A stretch of DNA of 64,000 nt, taken from a bacterium. Lineage in GTDB: Bacteria; UBA8248. The notes beneath the pieces are model-generated. The model ran no database searches. It saw nothing but the letters and a program-made list of their open reading frames with translations, and was not told the origin of the DNA. Made by a program: the position numbers and the translations under genes. The DNA is taken from NCBI GenBank assembly GCA_965203325.1, contig OZ241875.1, positions 3,584,001-3,648,000 on the forward strand. The letters are read 5' to 3'. Below, in pieces: positions 1 through 9,679 of this stretch (positions within the stretch are counted from its first letter, which is position 1; each line of letters starts with the position of its first letter).

Positions 1-1
1 C

Positions 2-904
2 GTGATGCGCATGAAGGTGGTGCTGGCCGATGGCGCGACCCATACTTACGGCGCGCTGGTGGTGAAAAACGTCACCGGCTACGACATGAACCGCCTCTTG
101 TCGGGGAGCTGGGGGACGCTGGCGGTCGTCACCGAGTTGGCGATTCGTCTCTACAAGGCCCCCGAACACATTGGAGCGAGAGCGGCCTCTTTTCCGTCCA
201 CGGACGCCGCATTCAAAGCCGCGAGGGCGCTGATGGCCTCGCCCCTCATGCCCGTTTGGGCAGAAGTGCTGGACGATGTGCGCATCGCCGCTCTGGCGCC
301 AGAGGACGGGGCCGCCTTGCCCGGCCCGGTGTGTCTCGTGGCTTCTTTCGGGGATTTTGAGGAAGGGCTGAACGATCAATTGGCCCGCTTCGAGGAAATC
401 CTCGCGAGAGAGGGCAGAGACGACATCTTTCACCTTGATGATGAGGCGACCTCGCGTCTCGGTCACGCCATAGCCGATCCGCCGGGAGGGGATTTCTCCG
501 GCCCCGAAGTGCTCGCTCTCAGAGCCTCGGGCCGTCTCGATCAGTTGCCCCGTTTCGCTGAGGCGGCGAAGCGCGCCGCCGATTCGGGGAAATATCGCTC
601 CGCCATATCGGCGCACGCGGGAAGCGGTGTGCTGCGCTCTTGGCTAACGCCTGAGGATGAGGAATCCTCTCCGCTTGAGGCGTGGCGCATCTTCTCTTCA
701 CTTTGCAGGGAAGGCAGGAACGAAAGCGAGGCCCGCTCGGTACACCTGCGCCTGGATTCGGGGCCGGACTCGCTGAAAGAACAGGTATACGTGTGGGGTG
801 AGGACGCGCTCGAACCCGGGGCGCTGCAGGTGATGCGCAACATCAAGAAAACCTATGACCCGAAGGGAACTTTGAGCCCCGGCCGCTTCGTGGGCCGGAC
901 CTAG
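2..904 (+). CDS. glcE: Glycolate oxidase FAD-binding subunit (GlcE-like), 5'-truncated by window edge
   Basis: GALVVKNVTGYDM..GSWGTLAVVTE motif, C-terminal YDPKGTLSPGRF; directly upstream of a glcF-like gene. Confidence 0.75.
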   Translation: MMRMKVVLADGATHTYGALVVKNVTGYDMNRLLSGSWGTLAVVTELAIRLYKAPEHIGARAASFPSTDAAFKAARALMASPLMPVWAEVLDDVRIAALAPEDGAALPGPVCLVASFGDFEEGLNDQLARFEEILAREGRDDIFHLDDEATSRLGHAIADPPGGDFSGPEVLALRASGRLDQLPRFAEAAKRAADSGKYRSAISAHAGSGVLRSWLTPEDEESSPLEAWRIFSSLCREGRNESEARSVHLRLDSGPDSLKEQVYVWGEDALEPGALQVMRNIKKTYDPKGTLSPGRFVGRT

Positions 905-918
905 GAGGAAAGCCCGAA

Positions 919-2274
919 TTGGCCACGGACCAAAAAGCAGGGAACGCGCAGGTTTTTCCCGAATACGAGAACCCCTTCGTCGGCCCGGACGCTCCCGACA
1001 GGCGGATGATCCAGCGCTGCATCCATTGCGGGTCCTGCGTGACGAGCTGTCCCACCTTCACGCTGCTCGGCAGCGAGATGGACTCCCCGCGCGGGAGAAT
1101 CTATATCATGCGTATGGTGGCGGACGGGGAGATGGCGCCCGACGAGTCGGTGATGAAACACCTCGATCGTTGCCTGGACTGCCGCGCCTGCGAGACGGCG
1201 TGTCCGTCGGGCGTGCCCTACGGTTCCCTGATAGAGGCGGCGCGGGAAGGGCTCGAAAAAATCAGAAAACGCTCCTTCCCGGTGCGGATATTCAGAAGAT
1301 TTCTCTTCCGTTGGCTTTTGCCGAGCAGGACGCTGCTCAATCTGGCAGGCATGGCCACCCGTCTGTACCAGACTACGTTTTTGAAAAACGTAGTGAGGGG
1401 CCTGCGACTTCTGCCAAAAAAGCTGGCGGAACTCGAGCCCCTGATGCCGCAGGCCCCGCCCGTGTCCTCGATGAGGGCCCTTCCTGCGGAAGTCGCGCCC
1501 ATCGGGGATGAGAAACACCGCGTCGCCTTCTTCGGCGGGTGTATTCAGTCCATCCTGTTCGGAGACGTGAACCGGGCCGCCGTACGCGCCCTGGCGGCGA
1601 ACGGGGCTCGCGTCGTGTTTCCCGCCTCACAGACGTGTTGCGGCGCGCTGCAGGCACACGCCGGGGACAGGGCAGCGGCGAGAATCCTGGCGCGCAAGAA
1701 CCTGGACGCCATCGACGCGAAAGAGTTCGACGCCGTCGTCCTCGCCGGCGCAGGCTGCGGGGCCACGCTCCATGAATACAGGGATCTGCTCGCGGAGGAT
1801 CCCGTCTACGCGAGTCACGCTGCGGCATTCAGCGAGAAGGCGATGGACGTCACCGTTTTTCTATCCAGAATCGGCCTAAGAGAAGCGAACCACCCCGAAC
1901 CCCAAAAAATCGCGTATCACCACCCCTGCCACCTGTTTCACGCGCTCAAGGTCCGCAAGGAGCCGCTCGAAGTTCTCTCCGCGATCCGAAACCTGGAGAT
2001 TGCGCCCCTCGAGGAGAGCGACTGGTGCTGCGGCTCCGCGGGCAGTTACAATCTCACGCAGACCGAGATTTCCATGCAGCTTCTCGACAGGAAGATGGGG
2101 CACGTGAAAGACTCCGAAGCGCCCGTGGTCTGCACGGGCAATCCCGGTTGTCAGATCCAGATCGCGTACGGCGCGCGTAAGCGGGACATGGATCTCCGGG
2201 TGGTGCATCCCGTCGTCCTGCTGGATGAGGCGTATGAGGCGGAAGGCGTATATCAAGGCGCGGTGCTTCCATGA
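919..2274 (+). CDS. glcF: Glycolate oxidase iron-sulfur subunit (GlcF-like)
   Basis: Two CxxCxxCxxxCP ferredoxin motifs, SPRGRI, two CCG domains (TCCGA, WCCGSAG, NPGC); TTG start after GAGGA SD. Confidence 0.85.
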   Translation: MATDQKAGNAQVFPEYENPFVGPDAPDRRMIQRCIHCGSCVTSCPTFTLLGSEMDSPRGRIYIMRMVADGEMAPDESVMKHLDRCLDCRACETACPSGVPYGSLIEAAREGLEKIRKRSFPVRIFRRFLFRWLLPSRTLLNLAGMATRLYQTTFLKNVVRGLRLLPKKLAELEPLMPQAPPVSSMRALPAEVAPIGDEKHRVAFFGGCIQSILFGDVNRAAVRALAANGARVVFPASQTCCGALQAHAGDRAAARILARKNLDAIDAKEFDAVVLAGAGCGATLHEYRDLLAEDPVYASHAAAFSEKAMDVTVFLSRIGLREANHPEPQKIAYHHPCHLFHALKVRKEPLEVLSAIRNLEIAPLEESDWCCGSAGSYNLTQTEISMQLLDRKMGHVKDSEAPVVCTGNPGCQIQIAYGARKRDMDLRVVHPVVLLDEAYEAEGVYQGAVLP

Positions 2275-2517
2275 CATGTAAGCTGAGAGGAGCACGGCCC
2301 CTGGAATCGGGAGCTGTCTTGTGGGGAGTCCCCGCCGCAATATCCAGGTGGCCGATGCAGGCAAAGAGAACTTGATGCCGGCCATGAAGTCCGGAGTTCC
2401 GCTTATCCTCGTTTTCATCATCGCTGTCACCGGGATGGGACATCGGTGAAGGCTTAGGGCTCACTCCCGGCCTCCACGGCAAGCCGGGCCTCGCCGCGGC
2501 GGGAGCCGGCTGAGGTA

Positions 2518-3642
2518 GTGATGAGATCATCATTCGCATTGATTTTTCTCTGTATGTTCATCGCACTGACGGCGGCTGCGGGCGGCGCTGCCGGAGAAGA
2601 AACCGGCGCCGCCGTGCAAGCCGGGGGTTATGCGTCCCGCGCCGGCGCCGTTCTGGGGGTCTGGCGCCCGGCCCGGCCGGCGCATACGCCCGAGCACATG
2701 GCGCGGGCGGCGAACCGCTTCCTCCTCATACTGAACGACGCGCAGAGACGCACCGCCCACTACGATCTAGAGAGCCCGGAAAGAACCAGGTGGACCAATG
2801 CCCCGGCCCGCGGGGAAGTCGGCGGCGTCGCGCTGGGCGACCTGAACGGCGCGCAGCTTCGCGCATTGCTGGACCTTCTCGCGTCGGTGCTGAGCGAGAA
2901 AGGCTATTACAGGATACGGGACGTCATGCTGGGTGATGACCTGCGCGCTGTGATCGACGGCAGGAGAAACACGGGGGTCGGGATCGAGGCGTTTCGTTTC
3001 GCGGTGTTCGGCGAGCCGTCGGCAACGTCTCGATGGGCGCTGCAATTGGACGGGCATCATCTCGCGCTGAACATCACGCTAGATGGCGATGCCTGGTCCA
3101 TGTCGCCCAGCTTCATCGGCACGTATCCACAGTCATTCATAGTCGCGGGCGCGCAAATGCGGCCACTGGCCGCACAGACGGACCTTGCATTTGAATTCGT
3201 GAACAGCCTGACGCCTGAGCAACGGAGCCTGGGCGTGACCGGCGTACGGCGAGGCGCCTTGCGGGTCGGAGCCGGCCGGGACGGGGTCGTGCCGGAGCCT
3301 GCCGGCATGCGCTGCGATGCGCTGAACGGAGCGCAGAAGAAAAAGCTTCTCGCCCTGGCCTCGCAGTGGTTCGATCTCATGCCGCCGCGCCATGCGCGCG
3401 CACAGCGCGAACGGTTTCTCAATGCGCTCGATAAGACGTGGTTCTCCTGGAGCGGACCGCTTGCGGCTGGAAGCGATGTTTCCTGGGCCATACAGGGGCC
3501 GTCCGTCATCATGGAATATGCGAACGACGCGCGGGGAGGCAGCAGCGGGGGCGACCCTGCGGATCACGTGCACACGATCTACCGCGACCTGGAGCGCGAA
3601 TACGGCGGCGGGCTCCTCGACCGTCCCCGTTCACGTCGGTAG
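2518..3642 (+). CDS. DUF3500 family secreted protein
   Basis: Signal-peptide-like N-terminus; W..QLDGHHLALN, P.FIG..P and DHVHTIYRD motifs. Confidence 0.75.
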   Translation: MMRSSFALIFLCMFIALTAAAGGAAGEETGAAVQAGGYASRAGAVLGVWRPARPAHTPEHMARAANRFLLILNDAQRRTAHYDLESPERTRWTNAPARGEVGGVALGDLNGAQLRALLDLLASVLSEKGYYRIRDVMLGDDLRAVIDGRRNTGVGIEAFRFAVFGEPSATSRWALQLDGHHLALNITLDGDAWSMSPSFIGTYPQSFIVAGAQMRPLAAQTDLAFEFVNSLTPEQRSLGVTGVRRGALRVGAGRDGVVPEPAGMRCDALNGAQKKKLLALASQWFDLMPPRHARAQRERFLNALDKTWFSWSGPLAAGSDVSWAIQGPSVIMEYANDARGGSSGGDPADHVHTIYRDLEREYGGGLLDRPRSRR

Positions 3643-3959
3643 GCGGGGGTTAGAGGTGACAGCACCAGGGAGCGGTGGTGTAGGGAAAACGCCACAAGGA
3701 GTCGAGTCGTGTGCTTTCGTACTGCGCGCGGTCTCCGGCCTTCGGGCGTCGCCGCCCAAGGAGATGGCGTCCGTAGCGGCGATTGAGCGAACCGACCGGG
3801 CCGCGTCCGGGAACACGTTTCGCATCGTCATATGAACCTGTTCTGCAGGACGTTTGATGGCGGGCGACAATTTACTCAATATCCACGAATAACCGGCAAC
3901 GCCACAATGGGGCATGCCCGGTCATCATTCAACTCACGTTCCTGTCAGGCTGTGTGCTC

Positions 3960-4311
3960 CTCGTAGGAATCGCGTCATCTCATAAGGCGACAACCCGCGC
4001 ACGACGTCCTTGCCGACCAGCGCCGATACTGCAGGGCGCATATTCTCCGCGGAAACTCCGCGCAAGTACCGGCGCGGAATCGCTGCATCCAGCCTCGCAC
4101 AGTGGCAAACATGCGCCGTCGCCAGCGATGACCGGTACGGCTCTTTCTTGCCCGTTCGGCAGCAAGTCGTCTATGAATCCGGAAAAGCGCTCCACGAACC
4201 CCGCCGCGACAGTGACCTCTATGAGACGCCGGGCGTGATGCCGCGGGAGGTCGGCCGGTGGACCGGATATGCTCATTGCGTCGCCGGGAAAACCCCAGTA
4301 TCCTCGCTCAT
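3960..4311 (-). pseudogene. Degenerate IS256-family transposase N-terminal fragment
   Basis: Minus-strand pieces in different frames: MSEDTG.., RHHARRLIEVTVAAGFVERFSGFIDDLLPNGQER, LDAAIPRRYLRGVSAENMRPAVSALVGKDVVRGLSP (IS256 'LYLRGVST...ALVG...GLSP'-like); frameshifted, DDE region absent. Confidence 0.6.
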
Positions 4312-4419
4312 GTGCGGTGTGTCCCTCTAGCGATAACCGGAGCCGGCAATCAGAGTTCATCAGAGATGCGTCGGACAGTTCACCGCGTTGCAGCACAGTT
4401 TACTGCAAAGGGTTAATCC

Positions 4420-5178
4420 ATGACCCAAAAACTGGCAAACAAGATTGCATTCATAACAGGCGGCAACAGTGGGATCGGCCTGGCTTCCGCGCAAGAGTTC
4501 GCAGCGCAAGGTGCGGCAGTCGCTATTCTGGCGCGCTCCCAAGAGAAGGCTGACAAGGCTCTGGCGCAGATCAGCGGTGATGCTACGGCGGTTGTCGGCG
4601 ACGTTGGCGACCTGAAATCCCTGAAATCCGCGTTTGATATTATCCGGGAAACATACGGCCGAATCGATATCCTGATGACAAGTGCCGGTATCGTGCCGGC
4701 ATCGGTGCTGGGGGAAACCGGGGAGTCGACTTTCGACGATATCTTCAATGTGAATGTGAAAGGCACCTTCTTCGCTGTTCAGTATGCGATGCCGTTGCTT
4801 GGCAAAGGCGGATCGGTCATACTGGTCTGCTCATGCGTCCATGAAATGGGTTCCCGGGATTATGCCCTGTACAACGCAACGAAGGCGGCTGTTCGCTCCC
4901 TTGCCCGCTCTTTCACGCCGGATTTGGCCCCAATGAGAGTCAGGGTCAATGTGCTCAGCCCCGGACCAGTCTACACACCAGTGCTTGAAAACTCGGGTCT
5001 CTCGAACGAGAATATCGAAGCTGTTCGCCAAACATTCAGTGAAAGGCTCGCGGCTGCGCGGGTCGGGCAACCGGAAGAAATGGCGAAAGTGGCACTCTTT
5101 CTGGCATCGGACGACTCTTCGTATATGTTTGGTTCCGACGTCCAGGCCGATGGTGGCATGAATCAGGTTCGGTGGTAG
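4420..5178 (+). CDS. Classical short-chain dehydrogenase/reductase
   Basis: TGGNSGIG, YNATK catalytic motif, RVNVLSPG, ADGG. Confidence 0.9.
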   Translation: MTQKLANKIAFITGGNSGIGLASAQEFAAQGAAVAILARSQEKADKALAQISGDATAVVGDVGDLKSLKSAFDIIRETYGRIDILMTSAGIVPASVLGETGESTFDDIFNVNVKGTFFAVQYAMPLLGKGGSVILVCSCVHEMGSRDYALYNATKAAVRSLARSFTPDLAPMRVRVNVLSPGPVYTPVLENSGLSNENIEAVRQTFSERLAAARVGQPEEMAKVALFLASDDSSYMFGSDVQADGGMNQVRW

Positions 5179-5223
5179 CTTCCGGCGCTCTTGAATTTCG
5201 AACGGGGTTAGGAAACAAAGCTC

Positions 5224-5856
5224 ATGACTTCCTCAAGCCTTGACATGTCCAGTGAAGCAGGACCGGCGCTTCCCCCAATCGTAACGGGCAAGTTGATCCT
5301 GAACGGTGAAAACCCGTTTATTCGCCTCAGCCATTCACCTGGTGAACCATTCACCACCGATGCCAGTCTCTGGACGATCACTTATTCGCCCAAAGGCGCT
5401 GGTCATGCCCTGTTCATCAAGAGTGAACTGACTGACAGCCAATGGCGCATTTACTCCGATAATCCAAAAATGGTGAGCTGGCTGCAAGCAACCGTTCAGG
5501 GAATGCTGAACCCGGAAACGGCCAGCAACCGTATTCCTGTCATTGAGGCCGTTTTTTCACAAGAGGGTGATCTGCAGGGCACCTGGATTCAGAAGGTTCA
5601 CTCGGGTGATGACGAAATTACCCTTGCCTGGAGCAATCTGATTGGCCCGCTCCTGATGGCGCACGAACAGCCATCCCAGCTCCCCGAAAGAAAATATGGC
5701 GTCAGTCTCGTTATGATTCCGGCCCTGGAGGCCGAGTTGACATTAAACGCTCAGAAAGCGTCAGGCCAGGTGTGGCCATGCAAGTATGATGGACAACCCT
5801 TCAGCACGGCATCTCTGGCGTTCTCGGAAAGCTGGAGAGAGAGCGCTGAGAGTTGA
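5224..5856 (+). CDS. Hypothetical protein
   Basis: 210-aa ORF with protein-like composition, co-oriented 45 bp after the SDR; no recognised motif. Confidence 0.6.
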   Translation: MTSSSLDMSSEAGPALPPIVTGKLILNGENPFIRLSHSPGEPFTTDASLWTITYSPKGAGHALFIKSELTDSQWRIYSDNPKMVSWLQATVQGMLNPETASNRIPVIEAVFSQEGDLQGTWIQKVHSGDDEITLAWSNLIGPLLMAHEQPSQLPERKYGVSLVMIPALEAELTLNAQKASGQVWPCKYDGQPFSTASLAFSESWRESAES

Positions 5857-5924
5857 TGCTGCTTCATATCACCAGACCTCAGGAGAGGGGCTGACCCCTC
5901 CAAACCCTGATGTTCGCAGAGTTG

Positions 5925-6140
5925 AACACCCCGTCGGCATGTAACCGAGGTCCCGGGGTGGCGGAGAGACCGGCCTCCACGGATTTGGATAACGCTTCGT
6001 ACCGGTGCACGATTCAGTGACGGAATCGGACGGAGGACGTTTTGTTTTCGGCGTCGCTGAGCCCGTTTCCAGACTGCCTCCGCTCAACGGCGTAGAGCCC
6101 CGGCTTGTGCCCCGATTCTCCTAGGACGAACAGCAAAACG
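5925..6140. ncRNA. Candidate structured non-coding RNA / IS110-type non-coding end
   Basis: Hairpin CACCCCG 5927-33/CGGGGTG 5954-60; stem GATTT 5982-86/GAATC 6023-27 with internal loop; stem CGGAGG 6031-36/CCTCCG 6077-82 with internal loop; no credible ORF. Confidence 0.3.
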
Positions 6141-6720
6141 AACCGCAACCTTTACGGGACGCGGGATTACTGTCCGTTGACCGTCCGCTTCCGATCTGAT
6201 CAAACCGGTGCTGCGGGTTGGTTCATTCTCAAGGGCGCGTAGGTTGAATCTGTGGATCTCATGCGGGTGTGCCCGAATCGGCGCGCTTCAAGAGGAAAGG
6301 AGCAGTGACGCGCCCCGGCTATGATATCCGCCTGGAACGGCCACCAGAGTGAAGCTCCGCTGCATGGATAACGGCCAGCGGAAGAAAGATATCGTTCCCG
6401 GCCCAGGAATGGGGATTGCGCGAGCGCGACAGCATCCCCTGTCTCGGCATCTTCAAGAATCCGTGGAAGCGCATCGCCCGGTTCATCGATGTGGACAAAC
6501 TGGCGCTACTCGGGCGCGCGGCTGGCAATGTACCCGCTGGCGGGCGGACCCGGATGGGCTTGTCCTTGAACAGTTGTATGTCAAGACGCAGGTCGTGTAG
6601 GCGGCGTCACCGGCGAAGCCGATGCCGACCCGCAACGCGGACTCGGCGCCGACCCACAACGAAAACGCCGACCTGAGGTTCGCCGGAACGCGCCGGTCCT
6701 TGCTGTCCCCGGTTCGGGCT

Positions 6721-9477
6721 TCAGAATTTCTTCTGCCACCCGAGCGAGACCCCGTTGCTTCGGCTTTCGCTCTCGTATTCCAGGCCGAAGGCGAATTGCG
6801 CGCTTTCTCCAAAGGGCAGGGAATACCCCAGGGCGTAAGTCGTCGCCTGCCGGCTGCGCAAGCCGATCTCGATCCGGCGACGCTCGAGCGACTGCGAGCG
6901 CCCGAGATAGAACGCTTCGGCAAAATCGGCCCCGGTCGCGACGACGTGGCTGATCCGGGCCCGTCCGCCGCGTATCCCCATTCCCTGACGGGTCGAAAAA
7001 CGCAGCCTGTCGTTGTTCCGGAATACGCCGCGCCCCTCGATTCCCGCCGAGCGGCCCGCCGCCCGCAGCCCGGATATGCCGGACAGCATGCCGCCGCTCA
7101 CGGACACCTTTCCGGCGGCGTGTTCGTAACCCAGGAACACGCGCCAGTTATCGCCCAGCGCCCTCGACAACAACAACCGGCCCTGGCGGGTCGCGGTCCG
7201 GGCGTTTCCCAGCGCGCCGGGGTGCGCCCCCCAGAAGCTGCGGTTTTCATTGATGTGGGAGACCTCGGCCACGAGGCCAAAACCGCCGCGGCTCATGCGC
7301 CACTGCAGGCCGAGCTGCCACCACGGCGTCCGGCTATGGGTGTTTCCGTCGAGCGCGGCGAACGGCCGCACGCCGTCGCCCTGCCCCTCAAAGGCGAACG
7401 AACCCCCGGCATCGGCGAAGAAGGGGGCTGCGACCGACGGGCCGGCGGCGTCGAACGCGTCCCATTCCCGCCAGGGGGATTGTTCGCACCCATCGCACAG
7501 GCCGTAGCGGAACCGCACTGCGCCCAGCAAGTCGTCCGAATAAACCGAGCCCGCCGAGCGAACACCGCCGGTTTCCGGGTCGGTCGTGACGAACGCGCCA
7601 TGGGCTTCATGGTAGTGGCCATCCGTCGGCGCGAACATGTTCGCCGCCGCGCGGGTATGCGCAGGGAATCTCCTGCCGGTTCCCCTGACGTCGACGATGC
7701 GCGAGAGCGCCATGTTGTAATACGCCCCGCGGACGCCGCCCACCGCGACAGGGACGGCTTTCAGCCCGGCGCCCACATGGGCGAGCGCCGGAGACAGGGT
7801 GATGCGGGCGTCGCGCAACGCAAGCGACCGCGTCGTTCCGGCGACCGAATACGGCAGGCGGACCGTCCCCTGCATGGCGATGGCGTTTGCCAGATTCAGC
7901 CGCCCCCAGCCGTAGACCGGGTCCGGCTCGTCGGGGTTGTCCACACGGGTCCCCATCGGGTCCGCGGCGTAGAGCAGCACGGCCTGCACCACCTCCATCG
8001 GCAGGCCGGGCAGCCGGCTCTTGAGCACGGCCAGCGCCCCGCTCACCATCGGGGCGGCGAAAGAGGTGCCTTCGAGCGCCTCGTCGGGGCCGACCCTGAG
8101 ACCCTGTCCCGGCGCGAACAGGCACCAGTTCCGCGCCTCGCCGCACCCGTTGGAAAACCGCGCGATCCTGCCGCTCCCGTCCAGCGCCCCGACCACCAGC
8201 CATTTCCCCAGCAGTCCGGGCTGGAACAGCGGCGCCACCGCCCATCCCCCGGTGGAGTTGTAGTCGGCGCAGTCGCCGCCCACGCAGTCCGTTCCCCACA
8301 TCTCCCTGAAAGAGACCGTGGGGCCGTCCCTGTCACCATCCTCGCCCTCATACAGCCAACTGAAATTCTCCATGAACTCCTCGGCGGTGAAGGCCAGGTC
8401 GCCCAGCAGGCAGCCGTCCTCGCCGATGTAGTTCTTTCCGCACATGTGAACCCTGTTGTTGATGGAGTTCCAGCCGTCGTTGCCGGCCGCCCACACCGCC
8501 ACGATATCGCGGTTCTCGAGTGCTCTCGCGGTGCCGGCGAAATCCCCATGGAGGAAACCGCCGACCAGACCCCTCTCCATAAGCGGCCGGAACAGCGGTT
8601 TGGACGGCGCCAGCCATACGCCGTCCCTGCCGGCGTACTTCCCGTAGTACCACTCCGACAGCCCGATGCTGAAGTTGAGCACCTGCGCCCGGTTGGCGAC
8701 CGCGTGTTCCATCGCCTGCACGGGCTGCCCGCCGCCGGCGAGCTGTATCGGCATGATCGAGGCCCGCGGCGCGACGCCGTGGACGTTGTAGGTGGGGATC
8801 GCACCGCCGCCGGCGGCCCTTATCTCGAAAGTCCCTCCGGTATTGTCCCTCGCCCCCGCGGCAAGCAGAGCGACATAGGTGCCGTGCCCTACCCCTAACT
8901 CCCCCGCCCGGCCCGGCTCGAACACGTTGGCGTTTCGGTTGCGCACGTGCCGCGGCGCCCTGATCCGGCCCGCCAGATCGGGGTGCGTGGGATCCAGGCC
9001 GTCGTCCGCCACCGCGATGGTCACGTCCTGGCCGAAATAGCCGCGCTGGTAGGCCGCGTCCGCGGAGATGGCGGCCAATCCGTGATGGCCCATGAACTCC
9101 GGGCTCCGGTAGTTCCGACCGTCCGAAGCGGCGGGGGCGCCGAGTTCCGTAGGGCGGAACGCGAGGGCGACCGGATTCGAGCCGGCAGGCGCCGGCGGGC
9201 CGCCGCCGGGCGGGCCACCGCCGGACGGGTCGCCGCCGCAGCCGAGCATCGCGAGATGGAACAAGGCCAGAAGCAGCAGACACGGCGCGAACCGAAGGAT
9301 CTCCCGAGGGTGGCGGGGAACGCCGTTCACGGAATCCGCCGCGGGTCCATGCTTCCGCCACATCTTCGAGAGGTGCGGTCTTAGGAGGCGGTTTTCGCAC
9401 GAACGCCGCAGGATGGCGGCAATGCCGGCGCAGTTCATTCCGAGACCTCCTGTGCAAGACACATGGCCCGCACTCAT
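6721..9477 (-). CDS. S8 (subtilisin-like) serine peptidase, lipoprotein with probable C-terminal outer-membrane beta-domain
   Basis: Triad motifs IAVADDG, GHGTYVA, GTSFAAPMVSG, oxyanion AAGN; lipobox LAMLGC; amphipathic beta-strand C-terminus ending LGWQKKF. True start may be downstream of 9477. Confidence 0.85.
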   Translation of the reverse strand: MSAGHVSCTGGLGMNCAGIAAILRRSCENRLLRPHLSKMWRKHGPAADSVNGVPRHPREILRFAPCLLLLALFHLAMLGCGGDPSGGGPPGGGPPAPAGSNPVALAFRPTELGAPAASDGRNYRSPEFMGHHGLAAISADAAYQRGYFGQDVTIAVADDGLDPTHPDLAGRIRAPRHVRNRNANVFEPGRAGELGVGHGTYVALLAAGARDNTGGTFEIRAAGGGAIPTYNVHGVAPRASIMPIQLAGGGQPVQAMEHAVANRAQVLNFSIGLSEWYYGKYAGRDGVWLAPSKPLFRPLMERGLVGGFLHGDFAGTARALENRDIVAVWAAGNDGWNSINNRVHMCGKNYIGEDGCLLGDLAFTAEEFMENFSWLYEGEDGDRDGPTVSFREMWGTDCVGGDCADYNSTGGWAVAPLFQPGLLGKWLVVGALDGSGRIARFSNGCGEARNWCLFAPGQGLRVGPDEALEGTSFAAPMVSGALAVLKSRLPGLPMEVVQAVLLYAADPMGTRVDNPDEPDPVYGWGRLNLANAIAMQGTVRLPYSVAGTTRSLALRDARITLSPALAHVGAGLKAVPVAVGGVRGAYYNMALSRIVDVRGTGRRFPAHTRAAANMFAPTDGHYHEAHGAFVTTDPETGGVRSAGSVYSDDLLGAVRFRYGLCDGCEQSPWREWDAFDAAGPSVAAPFFADAGGSFAFEGQGDGVRPFAALDGNTHSRTPWWQLGLQWRMSRGGFGLVAEVSHINENRSFWGAHPGALGNARTATRQGRLLLSRALGDNWRVFLGYEHAAGKVSVSGGMLSGISGLRAAGRSAGIEGRGVFRNNDRLRFSTRQGMGIRGGRARISHVVATGADFAEAFYLGRSQSLERRRIEIGLRSRQATTYALGYSLPFGESAQFAFGLEYESESRSNGVSLGWQKKF

Positions 9478-9679
9478 GACGCCCCGGGCATGCTCATGAG
9501 TGAACTTTCAGTAGAAATGCGTTTACCGAGAGCGTAAATGATTGTAGCAAAATATTATATCTTTTTTGTGTCTTCCCGGTTGATTCGAATATTTTTATCG
9601 CGTAGTTCCGGGTTTTTCGTCCTACCGGCAGGTCCCGATAAGCGCGAGCGATGAAGAGAACGACTGGAGCCAGTCACCG

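Noticed and set aside
6305..6600. GTG-started frame after a strong SD with in-frame TGA at 6350-52 (possible selenoprotein or pseudogene)
   Set aside because: No redox-motif context or evident SECIS and no recognisable family; at most an unassignable gene fragment
6622..8898. 758-aa + strand ORF
   Set aside because: Antisense shadow of the S8 peptidase; Arg/Pro/Ala-rich with no motifs
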